DNA of 64,000 nt. Source: Octopus vulgaris. Its lineage: Eukaryota. Below the pieces are notes generated by a model, which searched no databases, had not been told where the DNA came from, and saw only the letters and a program-made list of their open reading frames with translations. This document shows, in pieces, positions 27,621 to 40,674 of the stretch. How positions within the stretch are numbered: position 1 is the stretch's first letter; the number at the start of each line of letters is the position of its first letter. The DNA lies in the NCBI GenBank assembly GCA_951406725.2, contig OX597830.1, forward strand, positions 12,152,001 through 12,216,000, in the 5' to 3' direction. The position numbers were made by a program, and so were the translations under genes.

Positions 27621-28926
27621 GTAGATGACGTTTGGACCATTTAAATATCGAGATCACGAAAAGCCACTACAGCAATCTGATCTACTGTTATTCATAATGT
27701 TTATGTCTTATTTCATACATTTTCACGTGCTTGATCATGTGTACATTTAGTTAATCATTGTGTTTACCTACAACTATTTTCCACTGTGTTCTGTGTGAGC
27801 TACTGCGTTTGAGCACTAACCAAAATTTGTGGTGATGTTGGAATGTTTACCCTATCAAGTAGAAGTTTAGTTGCACCTATTTCTTAAAATATCCTGCAGT
27901 TAGAGTGGAGCGCTCAACCTTAATGTTGGCCAATATTTCACTCATCTAAATACTTAAGTCTCTGTGTGCTAGTGTGTGTGTATGTGATTTGCATGTTTGC
28001 ATACTTATCAACTTACCTTTCTAACCTTTTAGATAATATATCAATTCATATAGTAACTGAGTTGTTATTAAAACTGATGAACTTATCTGAATACATGATA
28101 CATCTACATTTATGCAGATGTATCCATGTATATACCTTTAGGTAATGATATAAATAAAGTGATAAATAAAATAAAGTAATAAATTAAATAATGTAATAAA
28201 TTTTCAATCAAATTTGCAATTGTAAAACTTAAGTCTCCAATACTTTATATTTTAATTTTATTTTCTGAGGTACTACTTTGATAATTTTATATAAAAAAAT
28301 ATCTGTGGTGTTTATTATGAAAAAATCAAATTGACTAATGAACAGAACTAGAATTTAAAATGTTCCTATATTGATAATCTAAATCCCATTTTTGTTACTA
28401 GTTACTCGGAGAAATCTTATACAATTATAAGTAGCAAATGAGGTGTATTATGATGACAAGTGTTCATAAATATTGATATCTACTTAAATACATAAATATA
28501 TATTGTGTACAAACATATACACACATACACACCACTCACACACACATTATCTATAAAATTAACCTCTACATATGTGCAGTTTCTTATGTGTAAACACAGA
28601 CCAGAGTTTGCCTTGCTTGCTATTTTATAGTATCAAATATTTTAGAAAATTTACATCATGTAATAATACATGTTGTAATAGAAGTAGTTCATTATAGTAA
28701 AAAATGTTTGCTTCTAAAACATACATTATTTTTATTGCAAGATTAATATCAGAAATCAAAGCATCTTATATCATAGTTCATCACATATGTCCTAAATATA
28801 AGTATATAGAAATTAGTTTACCTATATGTTGCTCTATAGTTATTCATAAATACTTTATTTACATACACATATTTGCATACATATGAATATATACATGCAC
28901 ATACACACACACACAGAGCAGATGTG

Positions 28927-28971
<45 letters not shown>

Positions 28972-29530
28972 ATTTGTGTGTGTGAGTATATATATATATA
29001 TATATATACATATATGTATGTATAGTCAGTCGATTCAAGGATAATTAGGGATTGATAAATCCGAAATTTCACTGGTTTAAGCTCCATCACATTAGAAGAG
29101 AGTTTCTACATTGTGTTATGGATTATAATAGGTAAAATTAATAATATAAGAAAATGGAGAGTTAAAAATGTATATTTAATTTATTTGCGACATAGTTTGT
29201 TTTTAAGAAATAAATATAAATAAAACCCTGAAGTGACTCTACAGCTTACAGCTTAAATACTTAACATTGGATTTAACTCAAATGTTTTGAATTATGTATT
29301 ACCGACGGGCTAGAATCGAAATATATGTAGGCTTCTGAGTCTTCTAGTGTGTTTTTAAAAATTTTATTTGTATTTATATCTTAAAAACAAACTGTGATGC
29401 AAATAAATTAAATATACATCTTTAACTCTCCATTTTCTTATATCACTAATTTTACATATACATACGTGTGTGAGTGTGTATATATATATATATTAATGCA
29501 TATATGTGTATATATATATATTTATGTATT

Positions 29531-29569
<39 letters not shown>

Positions 29570-29602
29570 TTATGTATATATATACATATATATGTGTGTA
29601 TT

Positions 29603-29648
<46 letters not shown>

Positions 29649-32600
29649 ATTATGTATATATGTATGCATGCATATATATAGATGTATATGTGTGTATATA
29701 ATATATATATGCTCTTGACAATTTTATACTAATGATGTAGACACATAAAAATATAGGTAGATTTGTTCATGCTACCCAGTTATTTTACTATTAGAAAATA
29801 GTCTAGATTTACAAGTTCAACCAAAATAACTCTAAACTAATAAATCACTCTTATTATTCTTTATGTATGACTATTTTAATTTGGCTAAAAGTGTGTGCCA
29901 TTCTATGATGAAATATGCTTAAACATATCGCTCATAATTCATGCATACAATTAAAATGGTGATCTCATTTAACCATTTGTACAAATATACATACAACGAA
30001 ATGTCTCTTGGACTTTAGTTTTCCTTAAACTATCACCGTTGTCAGGTGAAGTGAGACAGTACATTGATAGTGTATATAAATGATTGCAACTTTATTCTAT
30101 TTCTGTTAGAGACAATTTATATTTATATATTACTTCATGTGTGTAAATGTTTATCTCTTCTGATGTACACACACACATCATACCAAATCTCTCACATTCA
30201 TGTGTTGTATATATCAGGGTTTATTTCTTGGGGTTTCTTGATTCATTAATGAAATGTTTTCCAACAGCTGAGTCCATTTTAAATGGAAAATAAAAATCTA
30301 AAAATTCTTACATCTATTTAAAAACGTAAATGGCTTATTTTCTATTATTCTTTTCTATGATCAAGCTGTGCCAGATTTAAATCAGATTGCTGTTGAAATG
30401 TAAGCGACCAAAGAGACTAAAAACAAAAAAATTATTTAAAACTTTCTACAATTCGGTATTGTGTTGATAGATGATTTCTTTGTCAGCTCTTTATTTCTTG
30501 TGGCTGGGGTATGTTAATTAAAGTTATTTGCGAAGAAAGAAAAAAACAGCAAACAAACAAAAAAGAACAAAGATCATTTACTTTTCTTTGAGGATATCAC
30601 TTATAGAAAATATCTAATAGTTAAAATTGAATCTATTTGATGAATAACTGTAAACTAAAATTGAATTTATGATACTGATAAATACAGTATTATTTTTATA
30701 TTATAATTTGATGGGAGGAGCAAATTTTGTACTATTTCTTTAATTTTTGTAGTTTTTGCAAAATTAATTTGATAGTACTAGATGATATTTTCAGATTTAG
30801 TAGTATGAAATAAAATAAATTCAAAATGGTAAACATACCATTTCATTCCTTGTTGTAAATAAAGGGATGTAAATTAACTGTCAATAATATTTTGTTTTTT
30901 GTCTTCTCAAAAAGCATTCCTGTAAAGCACTTGTAACTACACCTTGATATCAATCACCATTTCATAATATTGTGAATGTAAACAAAAAACTTTTATCTTT
31001 TTTAACATAAAATAATATTTCAGCTCAAAATATATTTAGTTTGAAAATTAATTAATTATTGGAGTCATGGGCCAATACTTATCTTTAAAAAATATTGATT
31101 ATAAATATTTCTATTGTTAAAACTATTAGTTACCTGTGTAAATTTGACAACTTACGTTTGATAAAGCATGGTGCACCACAGTCCTTTTGATCTCTTAGAA
31201 GAAGCTACATGTGAACAATCAAAACTGAGGTATTTCTTTTGAATTCTATAATCTTCAAGGAATATATTATTTAAAAATTTAGGTTTATATCCATTTGAAC
31301 TATCTGCACTGTAGTTGCCTAATGGTTGTGTGGTTTGTAAATTTCTAGTTGGTTCTTCTTGGTAAAGAATGATTAAAATAAATTCTTTTACTCTTCAAAA
31401 GTCTTCTTATTTATCTGATAGTAGTAGTTTAAAATTTGAACATTTGCTCAACTTATTTTTCCATTCTGTCTTCCTTAAAAATGTATAAATTCTTTCTTGT
31501 AAAAATTTGTTTCAAAAATAAATTATCAGTATGGTTGTTAAGAATGGATGTTATAAAACAAGAAAGATTATAAATAAAATATTGAGAAGATTATTTTTTT
31601 ATCTTTGTGCCAAATATGGGATGTATTTGTTATTTTGATGTATGAATTTTGCAAATAATTTATCCCAAGTAGATCATATTGACTATTTTATACATTTTAG
31701 AATTTCTATAATAATTATCAACTTAAAATTTGATATCGCACACTTGAAATGTGTTGATTCATGTAAGCAATAAATCTATTCAATCTAACGGTAGCAAGGA
31801 AAAAAAATTAAGACTTCTGAGTTTTAAAAAGTTTTATCACTTTTATTTTGTCTTATTGCTTTCTAATTGTGATACCTTTGTGTGATATCTTTGTGATATT
31901 TTGTTATGTCAAGTGTTGTCTGTTGCATTTCTTGTCTGCATTGTTAAATTTAGTTAATATTGTTTGTACTATATGCAAAAATCCATGTAGTAGCTATAGA
32001 AGTAGTAAATATTCAGTTTGACAAAAAAATTACCATTATGAATGGGCTCAGCTCTCATTAATACTTAACAAAAATGTGTGCTCAGCAACAATTGCATTAT
32101 TTTTTAAATTGCAGTCTATCAACATTTTTATTCTCTTTCTCATTAAATTACAGTTCATATATTTTGTTGTATGTTCTCCTTTTTAGTGTTGTCCATTTAC
32201 TTCATAATTTACATTTCAGAATAGTATGTAATATTACTACTCTGAGAGTATTCAGTTTTCTTTTAAATTTATTGTTGTTAATAACATTATTTTTGCACTG
32301 TCTTATGAGAGTGATCTTTGGTTATTTATTGGCTCCATTTGGCAGAGAAATACAGAGTTAAAGTATTAATTAAAGAAATTGTTATTGCTGGAAATAAAAC
32401 TACAAGTAACGTGATGGACAGAAATATCAATTTTCAATGACAGATTATGTTAAGATATGTTTTGTTTTCCCAGAACAGAAAATATCACTTTACAAAAAAA
32501 AAGTAAATCAATAAATAAATACAGAAAAAAGAAAAAAAAAAGAAAAAGAAAAGAGCAACAAAAAACAAAAAAAGCTGTCAAAAAAAAACAAAAACAAAAC

Positions 32601-33400
32601 TATAAATATTATATTCTTCAAGTTGGGATAAATAGTCTATTCAAATGTTTATCAGGTTGATGATAGTAATGATGCTGATGGTTGTGGTAGTAGTCGTGAT
32701 GTTGGTGAAGAGGATGATAACAATGATAATTATGTTGAAGACTAATAAAAAAAATTAGTTATCAATACTAACTACATATATTTACATTATATTTTTTGCC
32801 TGTAAGTTTTTTTTTTTGTCTTTCATCATTAAAATTCTATAAAGATCCCTCACTAATGGAAACAAAATTTGGCTTTGAAAGACTATCAAAATGTTTTCTC
32901 TCCATTTTAATGATCACATAATGCTTAATAAACATAAAACAAAAACTAAATGTGAGTTGTAAATCACCACAAATGTACAGCTATCAATGTAAATTGTGCA
33001 AAACACTGTTCCTGAATATCTTTTTTGTGTCTTCTGAAATAGATTCTTCTATCAAAATCTCAGAAAATAATTTTATTGGTTAACTTTCCATTATGTACTT
33101 TTATTATTTATATTAAGGAATGAAATAGGTATTCACTTTCAAATTTTCACATTTTTCTCTAATTATAATTTTTGTAATTGTATTTTACATAAAATGTATT
33201 TTGATATTTTATACTTATTTATGGAAATTGAAACATGAAATATTCTCTGCTTGTGTATTCAAGAAATTCAATTGGTTAAATGAGATCCTGTGATAATTCA
33301 TGAGCCAATGAAAATCTATGCATTGCACTTCGCCTTAGAAGCACCAGCTCTTTTACAATATTTTTTTCTCTTAAGCTAGTTTGCTGCATTATGCCTTATG
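27621..33400 (+). other. Probable long 3' UTR or constrained intronic region of PCBP
   Basis: Almost free of SINEs and LINEs compared with the flanks, and U-rich on the + strand. AATAAA cluster at about 28150-28185, further AATAAA near 31770 and 32927. TGCATG and ACTAAC motifs present. Boundaries are approximate. Confidence 0.4.
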
Positions 33401-33544
33401 ATGAGGGAGTAAAGTCATACCAAGGAGTCAAAATAGGATAGAACTAGGTACTCTCACCTTATATTAGATAAATTCAAATTAAGTACTTACCTATTTGACT
33501 ATATTACATATATAAACCTTCAAGTCTAACTTTGTACTGTTGTA

Positions 33545-33566
33545 AGCATATGTACATATATATATG

Positions 33567-33608
<42 letters not shown>

Positions 33609-33723
33609 CATACATATTTGTATGTGTGTATGTATATATACATACATGCATGAATCTCTGTGTATGCATATATATATATATATGTACATAATGTATGTAT
33701 ATGTAAACCATACTAATATCATA

Positions 33724-33761
<38 letters not shown>

Positions 33762-33819
33762 CATGTATGTATATATGTATTTGTATATATATATATGTAA
33801 AACATATAATATCATAGGT

Positions 33820-33850
<31 letters not shown>

Positions 33851-34077
33851 GTATATATATGTATATATGTAAAACATATAAAACATCATAGGTTCATAGG
33901 TATGATATGCTCCATGCTTGAAAAGCTTGGTACTCTCAGCAACTTTTGTAACTTTCGGCCAATTAAATATATGTATTCCCATGCATTCGGGTCAGTTCCT
34001 TCTCTCAAACCTATATTGTATCTTACACACACACACACACACACATACACACACACATATATATGTATATGTGTATT

Positions 34078-34114
<37 letters not shown>

Positions 34115-34292
34115 GTTTATCAAATTAAATATACAATAGAAAGAGCTACTAATAGTTTCATGCTATTATGATACTTGAGCAGACATATATATAAAATAAT
34201 GTGCCATGTATCTTAAAGCAGTCTTTCAGGCTCCGTTTATCTATTTTATATATATATGTTTATATATACATATATATATATATATATGAACC

Positions 34293-34325
<33 letters not shown>

Positions 34326-34605
34326 GTGTGATTGTGTGTATATATATATTATAACAATGGTCCTTCGCACAATTTCCATCGAGCAAATTTCAACCAGGAG
34401 CTAATGGTCAAGTGGAGGCTATGGCACAGTTTATGCACTGGGATTGAATTCCAAACTAGTTATCCATGTCTCTATTGACGTATATGTGTGTGTGTGTGTG
34501 TGTGTATGTGTATATATATATGTATATATATGTGTGTGTATGTGTATATGTGTGTATGTGTATGTGTATGTGTGTGCATGTGGATATATATGCATACACA
34601 CACAT

Positions 34606-34656
<51 letters not shown>

Positions 34657-34836
34657 AGAGAAATGGGACAAAGGAAGAGTGAGAGAGTGAGAATATACAT
34701 ACATATATATATTTGTATATATGATATAAATATATATTGTATATATAATTATTGTTTAAATATTATGTATTTGTTTAGTGAAAGCATGATACAATCAGTG
34801 AATTTATCCTTGAGTCTGAGTGATGGTAGTAGTAAT

Positions 34837-34882
<46 letters not shown>

Positions 34883-34979
34883 TATACACATATATGTGTG
34901 TATACATATTTAATATATATTTATACATTGCGTACATATATATATATATATTGAATGTATATATATTTATATACACATA

Positions 34980-35026
<47 letters not shown>

Positions 35027-35135
35027 TTATATATGCATGTGTATATATATATGTGTGTGTAGACATATACATGTATGTATTTATGTGTATGCACATACAC
35101 ACACACACACACACAAATATGTATATATATTGTAC
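33545..35135. repeat. Extended TA/TG/CA microsatellite-rich block
   Basis: Direct inspection. Confidence 0.9.
34142..34234 (-). ncRNA. Hammerhead-like motif with variant core CUGAAAGA and long stem II
   Basis: Minus strand reads GGAGC-CUGAAAGA-(long stem with UGCU/AGCA and GAUAC/GUAUC)-GAAA-CUAUUAG-UA-GCUCU. A related copy lies at 46376-46453. Confidence 0.4.
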
Positions 35136-35730
35136 CTAAGTGTAGCTGTGTGAGCAGTGCTTGTAAAAATTTTATTAAACATTGTAAACATTTTATTAAA
35201 CCAATTCATATTCAAGACCTCAAAATTCATAAAACTCTTCATAAATTGTCATAGTTTTAAAAATTAAATTTCGTATACTTTTTGTTTTTGTATGGAAAAT
35301 CAAAGTGAAAGAGAAAAAATTATATTCTTAAGTGTTGTAACTGAATATGACAAATAGATATCCGATATCCATACTCACAAATGTTTTTGTAGTAGGGTGC
35401 TTTGCTGTGAATAACGTTTGTTATATTTGTGTTTGTTTTATAATACATGTATATTATTTCAACATTGTTTGAGATTCTGGTGAATTTATAAAAAAGCAGA
35501 TATGATTATACAGTAGTTATATATTTTAACATATTCTATTATTTTAATAAAGTTACATGTTTATTTTTTATTAATGTTTGGTCCCTAATCTATAAACTCT
35601 ATCGATCTAGATCTGTTATATAGGAAATTTTAAAAGTTTATTGGAAAATTAGCAGTAATCTACCTTATCTTTGACTCTACTAATCATTAAAATTATATCT
35701 AATTAACTTGGATCATAATATCGGTGCTGT

Positions 35731-35810
<80 letters not shown>

Positions 35811-35845
35811 GGATATGTGTGTTTGTGTGTGTGTGAGTGTGTATG

Positions 35846-35891
<46 letters not shown>

Positions 35892-35952
35892 TATATATAT
35901 GAACATAAATTCTATCATCTTTTAAAATATCATTTTTTCTTTTCTTTAATAG

Positions 35953-35965
35953 GTTATGGCTTTGA
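35953..35965 (+). CDS. Candidate alternative terminal exon: (R)LWL*
   Basis: Strong acceptor cattttttctttctttaatAG|G (35951-35952), followed by about 2.5 kb of repeat-free UTR-like sequence. The peptide is too short to verify by homology. Confidence 0.4.
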
Positions 35966-37170
35966 TCTTGTGCAATTATGACAAATTGTTAAATAATGGG
36001 GGTTGTGAACATTTCAGCTTGTTCTTTCCTTCTAAGGACTAACATCAGCTGATGTACATCTTTTGAACCAAGTTTGTGCCTTTTTGCAATGCATTCCTTT
36101 TTCTAGTAGATTGATTGTCAATTGACGACAGCACTGCATGTGCAATAAAGACACAAGCCCTATCAAAGCAAACATACCTTTACAAATATAACTTATTTTT
36201 ATAAAACAATTTGAAATCAAGAATAGAGTTAAAATTATAATGGATTTCTATTAGAAACATTGATCTCTTGAAGAATGTTGAAGATTTTTCATTTTGAAAA
36301 CCACTGACAATCCAGAGAAAATTTCATTAAAATTTTCTGAAATGGACAGTGCTCATCTTGCTGTCAACTAGTATAGAAACTGGTATTCAGACTGCTATTA
36401 AACATACGAATTATTTAATATTTATTAAAGTTCAGAAAAATGTTCAGTTTTGTCAATACTATATTTTGTCTTCAGAAATCATTATTGAATAATCATATTA
36501 GTAAAAAGAAAAGAAAAAAAAAGAAAGCAAAAATGTGTAAAAGGAAAGCAATAGAGAGCCTAAATGTTGTTCAAGTCATGATTACTCTACATTCATTCAA
36601 ATACCAAAATTAACTTAGTGATGTTTCTAAGCAAAGAAGTTAACTGGAGTTTCATAAATGAAAACAAAAGTCATTAAGAAGTCTTATTCCTTTTTATTAG
36701 TTTACAATATCTTTTATTTATAAGATATTTATACTTTAAAGTTTGGGACTTGAAAATTATTTAGCAATCATTGATTTGAATTTAATTTTTAATACCTGTT
36801 TTCAATAGTTTAGAAATTGACTTTCCTTCTGTACCTTTTCTAAAGAGAACTAGTCAAAATTTAAAATAAGGATGCCACTGTTTCAATAACTGTGGCCTTT
36901 ACAAATGTTGTGTGTTCCTACTTTACACTTTTAGACATCATGAATGCTTGTGACCATCAGTTTTTATTTGTATCCTGCACTAACTTTTATTTTAACTTTT
37001 GGTCCTAATAATTTACTTTCTTCAAACAATAATATTTAAATCATAATCTGTTGTTATACCATTTCATATAATTTTTAAAAACCTATTTTAATTGTTATTT
37101 ATATTTCTGGTCTGCACAGTTATTTTCATTATTTTTTACTGCATTGTTGCATGTGGAATTTGACTATTAG

Positions 37171-37264
37171 GTTGGAGCTATGCCACTCTCAATCTGCCTT
37201 GTCTTGCTGTTGTGCATGTGATCAAGCACATTGTCATGCCACATGCAGACACATTTTTTGTTAA
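37171..37264 (+). CDS. Candidate alternative terminal exon: (R)LELCHSQSALSCCCACDQAHCHATCRHIFC*
   Basis: TAG|G at 37168-37171 opens a 31-codon phase-2 frame in a GC-richer island. The pyrimidine tract is weak. The region takes part in long-range complementarity (see findings). Confidence 0.3.
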
Positions 37265-39579
37265 AAGAGCTACATTTAACTGGTCATTTCACAAAATACA
37301 TTTTAATACAAATTCTTACATAAACATATAACTGTAAAGCCATATAAAAACAAAAGAATAAAAAAAAAATCATGTAAAGTTTTTTTAAAAAATTAAATTA
37401 ATATTTAATCTTTTTTTATATATATCCTTTTGAGTAGAGGTATATTTAATTATCTAAAACATTCTATAGCAGTATTTAAAAAATAACAAATATAAATGAT
37501 CTCAGCAAAATTTCATTTGACTTTCTACACCTTAAAATGAAAATTGCACTAAATATCTTTCTAATTAATATTAACAGCTATGATATTATAATCTATTATA
37601 GTTAATTAAATCTAATGCTGTATATGACAATAATATCATGGTAAGATTTTATTTCATAATTTTAAATCCAATTATATGAACAGTTGTGTATTAAGATTTT
37701 CTAAAATAAAATTGATATTTTAATTTAAATTTTGCAATTAATTGCATTACAAATGATTATACAATCCAGAATATATTGTATGATATCCAGATATTTAAAT
37801 AACTGGAATTAGATGCTACAAGATTATTGCTCCCATATAAAAGAAAATTATTATTTTAAAATCTTTATTCATACACATGATATGTATTTAAATTTTTATT
37901 ATGATTATATTATGGATTTTAAAGTAGATAAAGTTTTTTTTTCTTTTTGTCTGAGATTTATATTTCATAAGTATTTTATTTTAAGGAAAAATAATTTTTG
38001 TCTCAAAATAATTTTTTCCAAAAGTGTTTTACCAAATTTATTAATTTTTTTTAATATAATCTCAAATATTTTTGTTCATTTTAATGAAATGTATTATTTC
38101 TTTTCCTTAAACTATAAACATTTTCTGAAATGCTTTAGTAGATTGATGATAAATAGTGTACAAAATGTTTATATAGCTCAGGTATGTTATATTAGTTAAA
38201 AGTAAATTTTGGTTTCAAATATTTAGATTAAAATTATTCACCAAAATACCAGTATTATTATGTAAAAGATTATTATTTAATTTTTTATTATTCTAAGTTA
38301 ATGTTCAGGTATTTTTTATAGCTAAATATGAATGTGTTAGTTTTTGTTTTGAAAAGCAAAGCTAGAATAATTATTGTGATTTCTCTGTATTATTATTTTG
38401 AATGAATTAAATTTAACGAAAAGTGCAAATTCATATAGTATTTATTTAAACATTCTGGATATAAATACACAGGTATATAATTATATTTATGCACACTATT
38501 ATCAATAAATATATAATGGAAATGATGCAATATGTGTGTGTGTGTGTGTATGTATTATTGAGATAATATACTATTGGTTATGATATATAACTATTCAGAA
38601 TGTTACCATCAGTTTTGTGTTCAATATTGATGACTATTCCAACATTCTGGCTGGAAGTGCATAGTCTCAGTAGGCTAGCGTTATATACACCTGGCCAACC
38701 TGTCTTTAGAGTTGCTAATATTGTCCTGTAGTAAGGTAGCGAGTGAGCTGCCAGAATTGTTACTGTGCTGGACAAAATGCTTAGCAGCATTTCTTCCAAC
38801 CTTGTGTTCCGAGGTGGACTTTGCCTTTCTTCCTTTCAGGGTTAAGATAAGCACCAGTTGAACACTGGGGTTTATGTAATCTACTTAGCCCCACTCCTGT
38901 AATTGGTGGCTTTGTGTGAAAATTTGAAACCAATATTTGGTGAGAAACTGATGGCAACATTCAGACCAATAATATCCCATAGCCAGTAATAAATATATTG
39001 TTTGAGGATATAAAAATATATATCTGTCCTATAATGTTGAGTGTGCTTTTATTTCTGACATATGGACTAACTGGAAATACATAGAAACTTACATATATAC
39101 ATACTATGTATGTACATACATACATGCATACATACATACATATATACATACACATACATACATACATATATATATATACATATATATATATATGTACATA
39201 TATGTGTATGTATACATACACATATATTTATGTATGTGTGTGTATATGTATATATATATATCACATGCACACACACACACACACATATAGTGCTGTATCA
39301 TGCAAACATTCTAATATAGTAACTGAATAATGGTGGTATGAAAAATTGTTTTCTATTTAGCAATGTAAGGTGTTTTCATTTTGTATGTTTTTGTTCAGAA
39401 TTTTAGTTTTATATGGTTTATTTCCTGTCTATACACATATGTAAGTGTGCATGTATGTATTTATGTATGTACATACATATGTGTGTGTGTTGTTGGCCAA
39501 TGATCCAGAGAACAAGTATTCAGTATAAATTTGGAATGCAACAGATTAAGCTAATCAAGTGGCCTGTTACACTGGAGTT

Positions 39580-39901
39580 GTGAGGGCGCGTGGCTTAGTG
39601 GTTAGGGCATTCGGCTCATGATCGTAAGGTTGTGAGTTCGATTCCCGGCGACGCGTTGTGTCCTTGAGCAAGACACTTTATTTCACGTTGCTCCAGTCCA
39701 CTCAGCTGGCAAAAATGAGTTGTACTTGTATTTCAAAGGGTCAGCCTTGTCACTCTCTGTGTCACGCTGATTATCCCCGAGAACTACGTTAAGGGTACAC
39801 GTGTCTGTGGAATGCTCAGCCATTTGCACGTTAATTTCACGAGCAAGCTGTTCCGTTGACCGTATCAGATGAGACCCTCGTCGTCGTAACCGGCAGAGTC
39901 T
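39580..39901 (+). mobile_element. Full-length tRNA-derived SINE with 13-bp TSD
   Basis: A box tggcttagtgg, B box agttcgattcc, body tgtgtccttgagcaagacact. TSD TTACACTGGAGTT at 39567-39579 and 39902-39914. Confidence 0.85.
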
Positions 39902-40548
39902 TTACACTGGAGTTACCATGGCATTCCACTGCTTCTTCAGAAATGTCAAACTGTTACCACTGTAGAAACTCCAGAGCAAGAAACCATTAGATCAGCTTAA
40001 ATAAACAAAAAAACACTACAGGTGTTTGTGTGTATGTGTGTATGTGTGTATGTGAGTGCGTGTGTGTGTGTATGTATGTATGTGTGTGTATATATATATA
40101 ATTTTATTTATGCGCCCTTTTCAAGCCTAGGTTCATGGGCCCGGTTTCCTGGTTTCTGTGGCGTATGTATTCCCCCCAGCTGGATGGGATGACAGTCCAT
40201 CACAGCATTACTCAAGAAACAGGAAGAGAGAGTGAGAGAAAGTTGATGCTGTTGACACTGTTGGATGATGTGGTGTTGCTTTTGATGCTGAAACCATGAA
40301 GATCCTCGAACAAGCAGCTGAAGATAGTGTATTATATTTTTATATAGCGTCTGCTTTTTTTCTTTTACATTGTTGTCTCTATTCTTTGTCACTGTTGATA
40401 GTTCCACAACTAATTTCAGAGATTTTGTTGTTTCATCCAAGGGGTTGTTAGAGTATTGTCAAGAAGCTGTTTGTGATGGGTGATAGATTTTTGTAAGGAT
40501 AGTTTTGTTTGGGGCTTTTCTTGTTTATAACAGATGCGAGGTATATAC

Positions 40549-40579
<31 letters not shown>

Positions 40580-40638
40580 TGTATATTTGTATATATCCAT
40601 ATATATATATTTTGAAAACAGCTTTTTATATCCCCACT

Positions 40639-40674
<36 letters not shown>

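Noticed and set aside
29300-29332. Hammerhead-like relic (ccgacgg...gaaatatatgta)
   Set aside because: The core and stems are too degenerate to call.
27651-35968. AGAUCA-[CGAA]-AAGCCA pairing with UGGCUUUGAUCU in the RLWL exon
   Set aside because: 12 bp split by a 4-nt bulge is within chance expectation; noted only as possible support.
37201-37250. Local hairpin (TGCATGTG/CACATGCA) as a pre-miRNA
   Set aside because: The stem is only about 8 bp; the long-range pairing explains the sequence better.
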